Below, piece by piece: positions 31,617 to 32,000 of a DNA stretch of 32,000 nucleotides. Both the position numbers and the translations under genes were made by a program. Numbering within the stretch: position 1 is the first letter of the stretch; every line of letters begins with the position of its first letter. Below the pieces are notes generated by a model. That model saw only the letters and a list, made by a program, of their open reading frames with translations. It did no database searches and was not told the origin of the DNA. The DNA is from Candidatus Saccharimonadota bacterium (lineage in GTDB: Bacteria; Patescibacteriota; Gracilibacteria; UBA1369; 2-02-FULL-48-14): positions 930,001 through 962,000 of the forward strand of contig JBAZVE010000001.1 in NCBI GenBank assembly GCA_041661045.1. Direction: 5' to 3'.

Positions 31617-32000
31617 AGGGACTGCTTGATGAGTGAACTTTTGAAGGTTTCAGGTTTCCAGGGTTTCAATCGAATGATTTCGATGTTGAGGTTTTCTTTG
31701 ATGAAATAGTTTTCCAGGCCGTAAGTGAATACATATTGATCGTAACCCAAGGCCAGCACAGCCGGAGCGTATTTTTTGATGACGGCATATTTGTCTTCCG
31801 CGTTTCCCAATACGGCACGGCTCACGGCTTTATAATTTTGTACGGCGCGAAGTCGTTTTCTTTCGTTGTACAGCGGGCTGGCTCTTTTTACTTTTTTAAC
31901 CGTTTCATCTCGGGCCACTACCACAATCAATTCATCGCCGAGCGCGCGAGCTTGGTCCAAATAATTTTCATGTCCCGCATGAAAAAAATCAAAAGTACCA
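31589..32000 (-). CDS. Cytidylyltransferase-fold nucleotidyltransferase resembling archaeal RibL-type FAD synthetase (5' end beyond the window)
   Basis: The reverse complement of 31961-32000 encodes GTFDFFHAGHENY (HxGH motif) in frame with ...LDQARALGDELIVVVARDETVKKVKR...AVLGN...LALGYDQ...IEIIRLKPWKPETFKSSLI. As I recall it, this closely follows the RibL pattern (GTFDILHPGH...LGDELIVIVARDETVKK...LGPDQ). TagD-like cytidylyltransferases fit less well. Confidence 0.6.
   Translation of the reverse strand, partial: GTFDFFHAGHENYLDQARALGDELIVVVARDETVKKVKRASPLYNERKRLRAVQNYKAVSRAVLGNAEDKYAVIKKYAPAVLALGYDQYVFTYGLENYFIKENLNIEIIRLKPWKPETFKSSLIKQSLCAQDLLTI

Overview
Gene-dense bacterial window with no rRNA, tRNA, CRISPR or transposase genes. 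Sampled lines of core genes are about 50-60% G+C. The genetic code is standard, since TGA is used as a stop. I call about 30 CDS.

On the plus strand: rny, then a CIRCE-controlled operon (orf209, groES, groEL). A long co-directional gene string follows: orf85, orf392, pilT, a cNMP-binding protein, a 1645-aa SLH-anchored surface protein, orf115, pyrH, frr and rseP. After a 159-nt gap come dnaA, a FecR-like protein and a cyclase-family protein.

On the minus strand: a lipoprotein, mltG and ybaB, then orf79 and hppA, then recO, ftsX and a RibL-like nucleotidyltransferase. The remaining plus-strand genes are rplY/ctc, a Yip1-like membrane protein, orf368 and rel.

A lone PilT, LTD and SLH surface proteins, an H+-PPase, overlapping gene ends and missing classical neighbours suggest a reduced-genome Patescibacteria/CPR-like organism. 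That placement is inference only.

Most noteworthy:
1. A pilT-centred operon that couples two unknown proteins, a standalone cyclic-nucleotide-binding domain, a giant SLH adhesin and a tail-anchored protein.
2. A low-GC islet (HigBA-like toxin-antitoxin pair plus a membrane protein) wedged so that an unknown gene sits between the CIRCE operator and groES.
3. A 37-53 nt element present three times in 1.5 kb, each copy in sense orientation upstream of a start codon. Two copies carry a GNRA-tetraloop hairpin with a compensatory base-pair change.
4. Helically phased CTGA/T-tract repeats in two divergent promoter regions.
5. Extended -10 promoters placed so that rel and orf368 look leaderless.

All family assignments come from motif recognition by eye. 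No searches were run.
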